Assembly: GCA_031400935.1 (NCBI GenBank)
Contig: JANNQV010000023.1
Span: 1 to 56,974, forward strand
DNA: 56,974 nucleotides
Reading direction: 5' to 3'
Source of the DNA: Armatimonadota bacterium
GTDB lineage: Bacteria > Armatimonadota > Fimbriimonadia > Fimbriimonadales > Fimbriimonadaceae
The notes under the pieces: model-generated
What the model saw: only the letters and a program-made list of their open reading frames with translations
What the model was told of the DNA's origin: nothing
Databases searched by the model: none
Position numbers and translations under genes: made by a program
Part shown: positions 17,921 through 27,722 of the stretch, in pieces
Layout of the letters: the number at the start of each line of letters is the position of its first letter
Position numbering within the stretch: position 1 is the stretch's first letter

Positions 17921-20900
17921 TTTACTCGCCAAATGGCGAGAAACGGGCGAGTGGTGGAGCGGTGAATCGCAAGCGGAGTTCACTCGATCCATAGCTTCAA
18001 ACGGCATTAGAAGGGAAACCAGCATCGAGTTGCCATCGCTGACTCATCGAAAACTGACACCCAAAGAGCAACAAGAGCTTCTTGCGCCTGAGACCAACAA
18101 CCGCGAAGAGTGGAACCTGCGAATTCACAAGCGGCGCGACGAAAAAGTGGCTCAGGCTTGCGGCTATCTTCCTCGAGAAGTCGAAGTTGTTTCCACAAAC
18201 TTATTGCCAAAAACTTATGCGGCGTTGCAGGTTCAAAGCGGATACAGCATCGGAAGAGGAACCATGCTCGCCGAAGAAATTCCTATTTTATGCGCTGGTG
18301 CTGGAATTTCTGCGGCTTGCCTAGCCGACCATTTTTCACTCATTGGTGCAGTCGAATTCGTGCGTCGTAGCAAGGCAGTCGGAATCAAGCCTCTTGTCGG
18401 TTGCACAGTTGAAATGGAAGACGGTTCCGAACTTGTTCTCATTGCGAAAAGCAAACATGGCTATCAATCGCTTTCGCACTTGCTGACAGGGTGCCATTTA
18501 GAAGAACCGCGCCAATTTCCGCTTTGCAATTGGCAACGACTCGAACAGTATTCACGAGATTTGATTTGCCTTTGCGGCGGGCATCGTTCGGCTGCGAATC
18601 GTCTATTGATTCAAGGGCGAACTCAAGAAGCAGCTTCACAAATTGAAAAACTGTGCTTAGTTTTTGGAAGAAGTAACATCGCAATTCAAGTAGATCGAAG
18701 CTATTTGCCGTGGGAAGTATCCGTGAATCGAAATCTGGAATCCATTGCCGATTCATTGGGAATTCTATTGGTTGCTGGTGGAAAAGTTACTCATGCTCGA
18801 CCCGAGCATTTCCCTGTTCAAGACGTGCTGGTTTGCACAGACACTCTTTGCCGAATCGAGGAAATCATTGGCCGAAAGCCTAGAAGAGACGAGTTTCAGC
18901 ATCAAATTTCGAACCATGAGCCCTTGCGAGAAATCAACGCTGAAAGATACTTACGAACACCGAGGGAATTTGGAGAATTGTTTTCTGATCGGCCAGAACT
19001 GATTGAAAACACGATCCGATTGGCAGATCGCTGCGATGACGACGTTCTTCCGCACAGAACCAGACTTCCACAAATGTATTCCGATCCTGGACATACATTA
19101 CACGAAATCGCATGGGTCGGAGCGCATGAACGGCATCCAAAGATCGCTCCTGGGTTGAAAAAACAGATTGATCATGAGCTAGAAAGAATCATTCGTCTCA
19201 ACTTTGCCGATCACTTTCTCACTGCTTGGGATATGTGCAATTGGGCGCGAGAAGAAGGCATTTTCTTTTCCGGAAGAGGTTCGGTTGTTGATGCCGCAGT
19301 TTCCTATTGCCTAGGTTTTTCAAGGATTGACGCCTACAAGCACAATCTGCATTTCGACCGATTTCTTCCTGACGATGGAAGCAAACGGCCAGACATTGAC
19401 ATTGACTTTGAATCTACGCGACGTGAAGACGTTCGCACATATGTGACACAAAAATATGGAGTCGAAAGAGTTGCCACAGTAGCTGCGATTGGAACCTACT
19501 GCACGAGAGGCATCGTTCGTGAAGTCGGCAAAGTGATGGGATTGCCGGACGCGCTGATCGGTTTCCTTGCCAAGAGAATGCATGGCGGAGTAACGCCTGA
19601 AAAATTGGAGTCTTCACTGCTACATCGCCCGGAACTTGCTGGAAGCGGAATCCCGAAGGAGCGATTCCGATGGGTTTTTGAACTCGCTGAGAGAATGCAA
19701 GACCTCCCTCGCAACATCCGTTCCCATTCTTCGGGAGTTGTGATTTCGAGTGAGCCGATTTCAAACACAGTGCCAGTTATGTGGTCAGCGACGGAATGTG
19801 ACATGTCCGTCTCGGACATGAGTGGCTTGACCGTCCCGGTCAAGAGTGGCTTGTGCTGCTCGCACGAGAGGGAGCATTTGCGAGACGCAAACGGAACGCA
19901 TATTCGGGACGAATATGCCACACATGTCCGGGACGGACATGGCACATCAACAAATCTCAGAATCATTCAATGGGACAAGCGAAGCGCAAAATACTACTTT
20001 GACAAATTTGACATTCTCTGTTTACGCGGGCAAAACGTTCTTCGAGGTACAGAGGAGAGAATTCGGGTTAGCCAAAGCGAATTCAGAATCGAGTCGTTTC
20101 CATTAGATGACGACGAGCCGTATCGAGCCATGCGAACTGGCGAACTCATCGGTATTCCTCAATCGGCTTCGCCAGCCATGAGGCAGGCGCATATTCGGGT
20201 TCGAACTTCCAATCTGCACGATGCAAGCTTGGTTCAAGCGGGAATTCGTCCAGGCGTTGGCGGCGCAGTAAAAATAAATGAATTGATTGCTCGAAGACGC
20301 GGAAAACCGTTCACTTTCGAGCATCGCGATCTTGAAGAGATTTTGGGATTGACCTACGGAATATTGGTCTTTCAAGAGCAAGTAGATCAACTTTTGCAAA
20401 AATTCGCGGGCTACTCTTCCGGAGAAGCAGAAGAGACCAGAGAGAACATTCATAAACATAGAAGAGAAGATTTTGGAGAGTCGGTGAAGGACGGAATCCT
20501 TGCTCGTATTCGAGCGAACGGATATGACGAAAATGTAGCTGAAGCGGTTTTTCGATACGTTTCCGAGTTCAAAGGATACGGTTTTGCGCAAGGTCATGCT
20601 TTGGCGTTTGCTGAAATTTCTATTCGATGCATCGCCTGTCAGCAAAATTATCCTGGGGCTTATTTTTCCTCACTCTTAGATGCTCAGCCAGCCGGATATT
20701 ACGGCCCATGCACTCTTGTAAACGAAGCTAGAGATCGAGGCATCGCAATTCTTCCTCCATCCGTGAACATGAGCACATTGCGATTTGAAGTTGAGGATGT
20801 TCTTTCGGCAATGGATCCAAAAATTCGATTGCCCGATGGCGGAATTCGGGTGTCGTTGAAGCAAATTTCAGCGATTTCTTCAGGAACAAGGGATCGAATC

Positions 20901-21629
20901 CTTCATGACAGAACTGATCATCTGTTTTCAAATTTCTTTGATTTCGTGCGTCGCGTTCAGCCAGATCGAGACGAGTTAGAAAGGCTGATTTTGTGCGGAT
21001 GCTTTGACGAACTTCATGGCAACAGGCGCGCGTTGCTCTGGGCGATTCCTTCGGCGATGACTTGGCTCGCAAGTATGTCGGGCAACTCGCTTGATCTAAC
21101 TTTTGACGAGCCTGTTCTCGACGAAATGATTGAAGATTTTTCAATTCAAGAAAAGGCGATGTACGAACGAGAAATCCTTGATTTAGACGTTCATCGCCAC
21201 CTTGTCGCATTCGAACGAGAAAGAATTCTTTCGAAAGGGGGACTCGACAGCAAATCCATTCGTTCGATGCCTGGCGGCGTGAAATGCATGGTTGTAGGCA
21301 ATCCGATTCGACTTCGATTTCCACCAACTCCAAGCGGAAAACGGGTCGTGTTTTTCGATCTTGAAGACGAGTTTGGGCTTCTGAATGTAACCTGTTTCGA
21401 TGCGGTTTACCGCAGAGATGGACATTCGATTGTATGTTCGCCTTATGTAACTCTACTTGGCGAGACTCAAGATCGAGACGGCCACACGGCATTTCTTGCG
21501 CGACGAGTTTTTCCATACCGTCCAACACTTTCGGGGCATGTTTCTGATCCAACTTCAATTCCTGTAGTTACTGGCGATTTTCTATTTGGAGGCGGAAAGC
21601 AAGGTGGTTTGCTAAAAAATGCGAAATGA
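17907..21629 (+). CDS. dnaE2: Error-prone DNA polymerase III alpha (DnaE2/ImuC) with N-terminal DUF6504-like segment
   Basis: GRGS, LHFDRFL, PDIDIDFE, IQWDK, KFDIL, YGFAQGHA, QPAGYY, LEDEFG; degenerate PHP domain; follows imuB. Confidence 0.92.
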   Translation: MDGINLLAKWRETGEWWSGESQAEFTRSIASNGIRRETSIELPSLTHRKLTPKEQQELLAPETNNREEWNLRIHKRRDEKVAQACGYLPREVEVVSTNLLPKTYAALQVQSGYSIGRGTMLAEEIPILCAGAGISAACLADHFSLIGAVEFVRRSKAVGIKPLVGCTVEMEDGSELVLIAKSKHGYQSLSHLLTGCHLEEPRQFPLCNWQRLEQYSRDLICLCGGHRSAANRLLIQGRTQEAASQIEKLCLVFGRSNIAIQVDRSYLPWEVSVNRNLESIADSLGILLVAGGKVTHARPEHFPVQDVLVCTDTLCRIEEIIGRKPRRDEFQHQISNHEPLREINAERYLRTPREFGELFSDRPELIENTIRLADRCDDDVLPHRTRLPQMYSDPGHTLHEIAWVGAHERHPKIAPGLKKQIDHELERIIRLNFADHFLTAWDMCNWAREEGIFFSGRGSVVDAAVSYCLGFSRIDAYKHNLHFDRFLPDDGSKRPDIDIDFESTRREDVRTYVTQKYGVERVATVAAIGTYCTRGIVREVGKVMGLPDALIGFLAKRMHGGVTPEKLESSLLHRPELAGSGIPKERFRWVFELAERMQDLPRNIRSHSSGVVISSEPISNTVPVMWSATECDMSVSDMSGLTVPVKSGLCCSHEREHLRDANGTHIRDEYATHVRDGHGTSTNLRIIQWDKRSAKYYFDKFDILCLRGQNVLRGTEERIRVSQSEFRIESFPLDDDEPYRAMRTGELIGIPQSASPAMRQAHIRVRTSNLHDASLVQAGIRPGVGGAVKINELIARRRGKPFTFEHRDLEEILGLTYGILVFQEQVDQLLQKFAGYSSGEAEETRENIHKHRREDFGESVKDGILARIRANGYDENVAEAVFRYVSEFKGYGFAQGHALAFAEISIRCIACQQNYPGAYFSSLLDAQPAGYYGPCTLVNEARDRGIAILPPSVNMSTLRFEVEDVLSAMDPKIRLPDGGIRVSLKQISAISSGTRDRILHDRTDHLFSNFFDFVRRVQPDRDELERLILCGCFDELHGNRRALLWAIPSAMTWLASMSGNSLDLTFDEPVLDEMIEDFSIQEKAMYEREILDLDVHRHLVAFERERILSKGGLDSKSIRSMPGGVKCMVVGNPIRLRFPPTPSGKRVVFFDLEDEFGLLNVTCFDAVYRRDGHSIVCSPYVTLLGETQDRDGHTAFLARRVFPYRPTLSGHVSDPTSIPVVTGDFLFGGGKQGGLLKNAK
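19797..19946. repeat. Six-unit (3 forward + 3 reverse) 24-bp hairpin array inserted in frame in dnaE2
   Basis: gtga-catgtc-cgtctcg-gacatg; gtgg-cttgac-cgtcccg-gtcaag; gtgg-cttgtg-ctgctcg-cacgag; then catttg-cgagacg-caaacg-gaac; catatt-cgggacg-aatatg-ccac; catgtc-cgggacg-gacatg-gcac; 150 bp. Confidence 0.92.
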
Positions 21630-21635
21630 ATCAAT

Positions 21636-21671
21636 GGAGCGCGGACACTCAGTCCGCACAAGGTCCGCTCC
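21636..21671. repeat. GGAG-type REP-like hairpin between convergent genes
   Basis: ggagc-gcggac-actca-gtccgc followed by ggtccgctcc. Confidence 0.6.
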
Positions 21672-21708
21672 TCTAAAGGCATCAAATCCAATTCCAACTT
21701 TTCACAAA

Positions 21709-22758
21709 TCAGTACTTCGCAACAGCCAGAAGTTTTGAATCTTTCGATGGATACCGCGAAGAAATCTGCTTGCACAATTTCACAAATCTTGAAGTCTCCG
21801 CAATCAACTGGCCAGACTTCAAAACCCGACACTTCCCTCCCGAAATCCGAAATGGAATCATCTTGAAACGAGTTGCAACCGACCGATTGAAATCAATATG
21901 AAACAAAGCCGAATTCGAAGGCAACGGCGAAATCAGATTCCCTAACGAATAGAAAATCGGCTTTCCCTTGTACAGTTCAGCACCCTGCAAAACATGAGGA
22001 TGATGCCCAATTATCATGTCCACTCCAGCATCCACAAACGCGCGAGCCAAAGAAACTTGATATGGCGTTGGAACTGTTTGCCGTTCGATTCCCCAATGAA
22101 TTGCAACCGCAGAAAAAGCACCACCCTTCTCCAATTTCAAAACGATTTCAGCGATTCGTTTTCGTGCATTCGGCCCAACCGACCCTTGAAATTTCAATGC
22201 CGCAACCCCAGCGGTTTCTTTAGTAGCTGGAGTGCAAATTTCGTTCGCCGAATCTGCCATAAAGCTCAAATACGAAGCCAATCTGAAAAGCGCACCATTT
22301 GGTAGGCGCATCTCAGCTGGTTTCTCTGCTTCCAGATTGTTCATTCCAGCGCCGGTAAATCGTATTCCTATTGAGGTCAACAATTTCTGTTCTTCCTGCA
22401 ATCCTTGAATACCAAAATCCAGCGCGTGATTGTTTCCCAGACTAACTAAGTCAATTCCTGCTGAAACGAACTTAGAAATGTGATCTGGGTTAGCTTTGAG
22501 AACGAACTGCCGTCTCGCCCTTCGATCTTCGAGCGTTTTTCGAGGGGTAACTGATGTTGCATTTGTAAAAGGTATCTCGAGATTTACTATAGAAATTGTC
22601 GCGCTCTTTAGCGTCGGCTCAAGTTCTGAAAGCGACTTAGTTCCAGCTGAAATCTGGTTAAACATCACGTCGCCTCCAATGGCTAAAGACCACCGATCAT
22701 ATCCACCCAAATCAACAGGCGAAAGTGAAATCAGCGATAAGGCAATAAAAGAATTCAT
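21709..22758 (-). CDS. CapA family (PGA_cap) metallophosphoesterase
   Basis: GGDVMF, VNLEIP, LGNNHALDFG, HWGIE, GHHPHVLQ, FYSLGN motifs. Confidence 0.92.
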   Translation of the reverse strand: MNSFIALSLISLSPVDLGGYDRWSLAIGGDVMFNQISAGTKSLSELEPTLKSATISIVNLEIPFTNATSVTPRKTLEDRRARRQFVLKANPDHISKFVSAGIDLVSLGNNHALDFGIQGLQEEQKLLTSIGIRFTGAGMNNLEAEKPAEMRLPNGALFRLASYLSFMADSANEICTPATKETAGVAALKFQGSVGPNARKRIAEIVLKLEKGGAFSAVAIHWGIERQTVPTPYQVSLARAFVDAGVDMIIGHHPHVLQGAELYKGKPIFYSLGNLISPLPSNSALFHIDFNRSVATRFKMIPFRISGGKCRVLKSGQLIAETSRFVKLCKQISSRYPSKDSKLLAVAKY

Positions 22759-22868
22759 TTTTTTAAAGTATTTAGACTCAATTCACGAATAAGTGAACTC
22801 ATTCGCACCTAGAATCGTAGTACATTAGTAGTTAAGTCCGAATTTTGAATGGGCAATCAGGAAACATT

Positions 22869-23732
22869 ATGCGCAAAACTCTCGCAATCTCGGCTCTAGC
22901 CGCTTTAACCATCGTCGTTTATGCTGCGGGCCAAGATCCCGTACTTTTACGCAAATCCCTTAAGGTTGATTCTACTGAATCCTACAAAGTAACCCTTTCA
23001 GGAACTCAGTCTGTAGATGTTCCTTCGATGGGTCCAATGGACATGGGATTCAATGGCTCGTACAATTGGATTTTCAAAACAACTGCCGTTGATGCTGCAA
23101 AAAATGAAGCAGACGTTGACGTAACAATCAAAGACATGAAGTTTGAAATGACCGGTCCTATGCAAATGCCAGATGCGCCTATGCCAAAGGACGTCATTTC
23201 AAAAATGAAAATTGATTCTCGCTATAAGTTGACTCAAAGCAAATTGACTGGACAAAACATGCAAATGATGTTGGCCATGGGAGCAGCCTCTGCGGTTTCA
23301 CCTTTTATCGAATTGCCAGAATCGAACGTAAAAATTGGCGACTCTTGGACCGTAACGATTCCAAAATCTATGATGATCGGCGATCTTGATGTCAAGCTCA
23401 AAGCATCTTTTTCCGGCGAAGGCTCAATTGAAGATAAAAGGGGTTACAAGCTTGAAATGACCGGCCAACTTCCTGTAAACATGGATTTGAGCAAGATTAT
23501 GGAAGAAATGGCAAAGAGCGGCACCGATCCCAGCGGCGGAATGATGGGAGACATGAAAATGACTATGACCGGAACGATGGACGTAAAGGTTGTTTCTATC
23601 GTGGATAAAGCAACAGGGACGGTACTTGCCACCACGATGACGATTGGTTCCAATATGAACGTGAACCTTGTGGATATGGGAATGTCTATGCCGGCAAAGG
23701 GTTCGACAACAATTAAATTAATTTCGAATTAA
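22869..23732 (+). CDS. Secreted Met-rich beta-strand protein (DUF6263-like)
   Basis: Signal peptide from MRKTLA; LPESNVKIGDSWT motif; very Met-rich. Confidence 0.6.
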   Translation: MRKTLAISALAALTIVVYAAGQDPVLLRKSLKVDSTESYKVTLSGTQSVDVPSMGPMDMGFNGSYNWIFKTTAVDAAKNEADVDVTIKDMKFEMTGPMQMPDAPMPKDVISKMKIDSRYKLTQSKLTGQNMQMMLAMGAASAVSPFIELPESNVKIGDSWTVTIPKSMMIGDLDVKLKASFSGEGSIEDKRGYKLEMTGQLPVNMDLSKIMEEMAKSGTDPSGGMMGDMKMTMTGTMDVKVVSIVDKATGTVLATTMTIGSNMNVNLVDMGMSMPAKGSTTIKLISN

Positions 23733-23748
23733 CAATATCTGGAGCGAG

Positions 23749-23785
23749 AAACGTCTAGCGAATACTCGTTAGGCGTTTTTTGTTT
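23749..23785 (+). terminator. Rho-independent terminator
   Basis: aaacgtctagcga-atac-tcgttaggcgttt stem followed by a T-run. Confidence 0.7.
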
Positions 23786-24738
23786 TAAGGAACCAGCTTG
23801 TACGCCCTAAACTCGGCGTATTTTTCAAATCCAAATCGCTGGTTCAACTCATACATCGGGTTGGTTTCGTCGTTGTCGGTGCAAATCCATTCATAGCCTC
23901 GTGCCTGAAGGCTCGCAAAACCTCGCACTTTGAGTGCAGTTACGATCCCTTTTCGACGATATGGCCGAAGAACTCCACTCATCCCTGTTTGGACCGTTTT
24001 TGAGCCCTTTTCTAGCGGTGAAACACGGGAGTAACCGATCATCTCTTCTTGATCAAAAGCGATAAACATTAGCTCCAAGTCATAGAGCGCCTTGTTGTCC
24101 AACATTCGTTCATATTGGTCAAAAGGCAAGCGCGTGGGCTCGTCGGGATTAGGGATGTCTTGGGCGATTTGCCACGTTAGATCGTATAGGCCGCGCTTCC
24201 AATCAATTCCCCGCTTCGCTAGGTCTCCAATTGACTTGATCTCGATTCCTTGTTGCGAGATTAGATCCGCCTTAGCCCTCAATTCGTCTGGAACTGAATC
24301 TTCAAGACGCTTTCGTGAAAACGGAACCGTTTGGATATGCCGCCAGCCGGAGTTCACATAGTAGTCAACCATCAGTACTGAACGTGTGCACGTCCAGCTT
24401 GTGATCTCTTTTGCATGGACTGAATTTGCTTTCGCTACCACGAGTGCGAGAAGCTCTGAAACGGTTTCGATTCCAACAAGTGGCGCAAAGAGCGCTTCTG
24501 TAAAAAGCAACCCGATTTCATCTTCGTTCTTCTCATCCCATAGGCTTGCAAGACCAACAACAGCGTCATTTTCCACAACTAGCCAATTCGCATCAAACGC
24601 ACCATCTGGAGAATGCGAAAATTCCGAACGGACTATATCAGGAGACTTCGGAAGTTCAGGCAGCATCTCGCCCCATAGCACTGAATATGGTTCGTGCATT
24701 TGGGCGCGTTTAACTGGAAGAATAGGCACGAGTGCCAT
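23785..24738 (-). CDS. Tandem GNAT acetyltransferase
   Basis: TGMSGVLRPYRRKGIVTALK acetyl-CoA motif; TDNDETNPMYELNQRFGF. Confidence 0.88.
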   Translation of the reverse strand: MALVPILPVKRAQMHEPYSVLWGEMLPELPKSPDIVRSEFSHSPDGAFDANWLVVENDAVVGLASLWDEKNEDEIGLLFTEALFAPLVGIETVSELLALVVAKANSVHAKEITSWTCTRSVLMVDYYVNSGWRHIQTVPFSRKRLEDSVPDELRAKADLISQQGIEIKSIGDLAKRGIDWKRGLYDLTWQIAQDIPNPDEPTRLPFDQYERMLDNKALYDLELMFIAFDQEEMIGYSRVSPLEKGSKTVQTGMSGVLRPYRRKGIVTALKVRGFASLQARGYEWICTDNDETNPMYELNQRFGFEKYAEFRAYKLVP

Positions 24739-24776
24739 TATGGCAATTCATGCCATAAGCAAACGCGATATCGGGA

Positions 24777-25388
24777 CTATTTGCTCTTCTTTTCCGTCAC
24801 TGCTAGACTGATTTTGGTCTTTGGATCATCCTTCGACTTGGCTGCTGTTATGTTTACGTCCTTTGTTCCGAGCTTCCCCATAACCGTTGCCATTTGCTCA
24901 TCACCGGAACCGTAAGTCATATCCTGAGCATCCTTGATTTTGCCTTTGTAGAATTCAATTACCTTTTTGGGATCGTCAGAAGTTGTCCGAACCGACATTA
25001 CAATCTTCGTATCACCTGCTTCAGAATTCATGCTTCCCTCGGCTTCAACAGAACCTGGATAAAACTCGATGCCAATATCCGCTTCAGTAACTGAGTTTGT
25101 AGATACGTTTACGGATTCGCCCTTCTCGTTTGTCATGCTGTACGACTTGCCGTCCTTTCCAACATTCGCGGTGGTAGTCTTGCCGTCTTTGTCAGTTGCC
25201 TTCATTGAACCGTCGGCATTGACTTCCAATTTTTCACCGTTTGGTCCGGTCATGATCGCATTTCCTGCACGATCAGTTTCAATTTTCGAGCCGTCGGTAC
25301 CCAAGATGACCGTGTCCTTGCTCCCGCAACCAATGACAGTCACACTTGCCAAAATCAATGCTGAACTAAGGATCAATTGTTGTTTCAT
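24777..25388 (-). CDS. Lipoprotein, hypothetical
   Basis: Lipobox VIGC; YPGS motif; T/D/G/K-rich repeats. Confidence 0.75.
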   Translation of the reverse strand: MKQQLILSSALILASVTVIGCGSKDTVILGTDGSKIETDRAGNAIMTGPNGEKLEVNADGSMKATDKDGKTTTANVGKDGKSYSMTNEKGESVNVSTNSVTEADIGIEFYPGSVEAEGSMNSEAGDTKIVMSVRTTSDDPKKVIEFYKGKIKDAQDMTYGSGDEQMATVMGKLGTKDVNITAAKSKDDPKTKISLAVTEKKSK

Positions 25389-25546
25389 GGGAGTAAGTAC
25401 GATCTAAATTGGTACTTCGTAGCTTGAAATCAGAATGCTAATCTAATTTGTGCTCGAATTACCAGTTACACGCAGGTTCAAGCGAAAGCTACCTTGGTTC
25501 AAGCGGTTCTGTGAACGATGCACCGTGCTAATAACGTACTTCTATC

Positions 25547-26221
25547 ATGGTTTTTTCATTATTGGCGATTAGCACTCTTTTGTTCGGCGTTTCAAATACG
25601 CGAATACTTTTCCTTGGAAACAGTCATACGGGCAACTATGATGTCCCATTGATGGTTAAAAACCTTTTGCTGTCACACTCAATTCCTGGCACCGTTGAGA
25701 CCAGATTCATTGGCGGTGGTTTCCTAGAAGACATTTACCGAAACCCTCAAACTTTGCAAACGATTCGCAACGATAACTGGTCACATGTCGTTTTGCAGGC
25801 TCAAAAGCTCAGTTCAAGTCACCAGTACACTTATTCAACTGAAGAGGCAATCACCCTAGCACGAGAGGCCAAAAAGGCAGGAAGTCAAGCACTTTTCTTT
25901 GCAGAGTGGCCTCGAAAAGGCATGGATGAATCGAACTACATTTTTCGCATATACGCGGGGATTGCTAGGGCTTCCGGCGCAACCGTAATGCCAATTTGTT
26001 ACGTTTGGGACGCCGCACGAAATGCCGACCCAAAAACAATGCTTTGGGCTGCAGACGGAAACCATAGCTCTCAAGAGGGAGCTTTTTTGGCTGCAACCGT
26101 AATTTATTCTCAAATCGCAGGACAAACTGGACAACCTTCGTGGCTTCCTTCAGGTGTGAATCGAACGCAGGCCAATCTATATCTGAGGTTAGCGAGAACT
26201 AGAGGACGCCCGCAAACATAA
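25547..26221 (+). CDS. SGNH/GDSL-like hydrolase, secreted
   Basis: RILFLGNSHT, WSHVVLQ, DGNHSS motifs. Confidence 0.78.
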   Translation: MVFSLLAISTLLFGVSNTRILFLGNSHTGNYDVPLMVKNLLLSHSIPGTVETRFIGGGFLEDIYRNPQTLQTIRNDNWSHVVLQAQKLSSSHQYTYSTEEAITLAREAKKAGSQALFFAEWPRKGMDESNYIFRIYAGIARASGATVMPICYVWDAARNADPKTMLWAADGNHSSQEGAFLAATVIYSQIAGQTGQPSWLPSGVNRTQANLYLRLARTRGRPQT

Positions 26222-26254
26222 AGGAAACTGCGACCTGGCGTAGAATCTTCAATA

Positions 26255-27532
26255 ATGAAGCTCACTCGTCGCACATTCATCACTTCGGCTGCATCCTCAC
26301 TTGCCTTTCATGATCGTTCGCTAGATCTAGCTGAAAAGGCCGTCGCTTGGGTGGCAGGAGGAGCGGAATCCGCAGCGCAAGACGAGGCGTTTTGGGCGCA
26401 AATCCAGCAGGCATTTACCCTTGATCGAAACATCGTGAACTTCAACAATGGCGGAGTTTGCCCTTCGCCAAGAGTTGTTCAAGACGCTCTTCGCCGCTAC
26501 TTGGAATACCAAAATCAAGCACCTAGTTACTATATGTGGCGCCATTTAGAACCTGAAATCGAGTCCGTTAGGAGGCGGCTTGCAAAGACTTTCGGATGCG
26601 ATCCGGAAGAAGTTGCGATCACCAGAAACGCCAGCGAAGCACTTGAAAACATCCTCTTTGGACTGCCGATGCAACCGGGCGATGAGGCATTGACAACAGA
26701 ACTCGACTATCCACGAATGCTAACCACTTTGGACCAAAGAGTTAGAAGAGATGGAATCAAGCTCGTTAAAGTTTCGGTTCCAAACAAGCCGAAAACATCG
26801 GATGATCTTCTCAAGCCTGTCCGAGATGCAATTACGCCCCGGACAAAGATGATCTTAGTCAGCCACGTCACATTCTTAAATGGCCAAATTTTCCCAATTT
26901 CTGACTTTGTAGAACTTGGCAATCGCCACGGAATTCCAGTCGTTGTAGATGGCGCTCATGCTTTCGCCCAATTTCCATTCAGTCGGGATGAACTGAAATG
27001 CGACTACTACGGAACTTCCCTGCACAAGTGGCTTATGGCTCCAATCGGAACAGGAATGCTCGTGGTTCGCAAATCAAAAATCGAAGCGCTATGGCCCTTA
27101 ATGGCAGCGAATCCAGAGCAGTCAAAGGATATACGCAAATTCGAGGAAATCGGCACTCACCCAGCTGCAAATCACAACGCGATTGGCGAAGCATTGACAT
27201 TCCATGAGCTTCTTCAGCCCGACCGAAAAGCCGCGAGGCTTCGATATTTGCGATCTCGATGGGCAGAGCCACTTCTAAATGAGCCGAACGTGGAATTCCA
27301 TACCAACCTCGGCAAAGAGCATCCATGCGGACTTACAACGGTTGGCATCAAGGGCATAAACAATGATGAATTGGCAACTTGGCTTTTTGACAAGAAGGGC
27401 ATATTCGTTGTTGGAATTACGACGCCGACATTTAGCGGAATTCGTGTTACGCCAAACGTTTACACGACGATGGACGAAATTGATCGTTTCAAGGACGCCA
27501 TGCTCGACGCAGCGACGAAGGGAATCAAATAG
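26255..27532 (+). CDS. Aminotransferase class V PLP enzyme with Tat signal (isopenicillin-N epimerase/PvdN-like)
   Basis: TRRTF twin-arginine motif; NFNNGGVCPSP, VDGAH, SLHKWL (PLP lysine). Confidence 0.88.
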   Translation: MKLTRRTFITSAASSLAFHDRSLDLAEKAVAWVAGGAESAAQDEAFWAQIQQAFTLDRNIVNFNNGGVCPSPRVVQDALRRYLEYQNQAPSYYMWRHLEPEIESVRRRLAKTFGCDPEEVAITRNASEALENILFGLPMQPGDEALTTELDYPRMLTTLDQRVRRDGIKLVKVSVPNKPKTSDDLLKPVRDAITPRTKMILVSHVTFLNGQIFPISDFVELGNRHGIPVVVDGAHAFAQFPFSRDELKCDYYGTSLHKWLMAPIGTGMLVVRKSKIEALWPLMAANPEQSKDIRKFEEIGTHPAANHNAIGEALTFHELLQPDRKAARLRYLRSRWAEPLLNEPNVEFHTNLGKEHPCGLTTVGIKGINNDELATWLFDKKGIFVVGITTPTFSGIRVTPNVYTTMDEIDRFKDAMLDAATKGIK

Positions 27533-27551
27533 CAAAGCGTATACTATTCGT

Positions 27552-27722
27552 ATGAAACGCACCGATTTGTTGGACACGTCGGAATGGGCGCATCGAGAGA
27601 TAATCAGGCGACTTCGGGCAATGACGCCCGAAGAGCGGCTTCAACTCACTTTTCGATCCATTGAAATGGGGCGACATATTCATTTTCAGGCTATAAAGCG
27701 ATTAGCTGACACAAAGAAATGA
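27552..27722 (+). CDS. Small 56-aa protein (putative antitoxin-like partner)
   Basis: MKRTDLLDTS...RLRAMTPEERL; overlaps the next gene by ATGA; TATACT 6 nt upstream. Confidence 0.65.
   Translation: MKRTDLLDTSEWAHREIIRRLRAMTPEERLQLTFRSIEMGRHIHFQAIKRLADTKK

Noticed and set aside
19797..19946. 24-bp periodic array as a CRISPR array
   Set aside because: There are no unique spacers between constant repeats, orientation flips midway, it lies inside a CDS, and there are no cas genes in the window.
19797..19960. DnaE2 insert as a mini-intein (starts at Cys, Asn near the end)
   Set aside because: About 50 aa is far below the size of a splicing domain, the Asn is followed by Leu rather than Cys/Ser/Thr, and the DNA is fully explained by hairpin units.
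20728..21558. 276-aa antisense ORF within dnaE2 and the many other shadow ORFs in the track
   Set aside because: They overlap well-supported genes and show no recognisable motifs or start signals.
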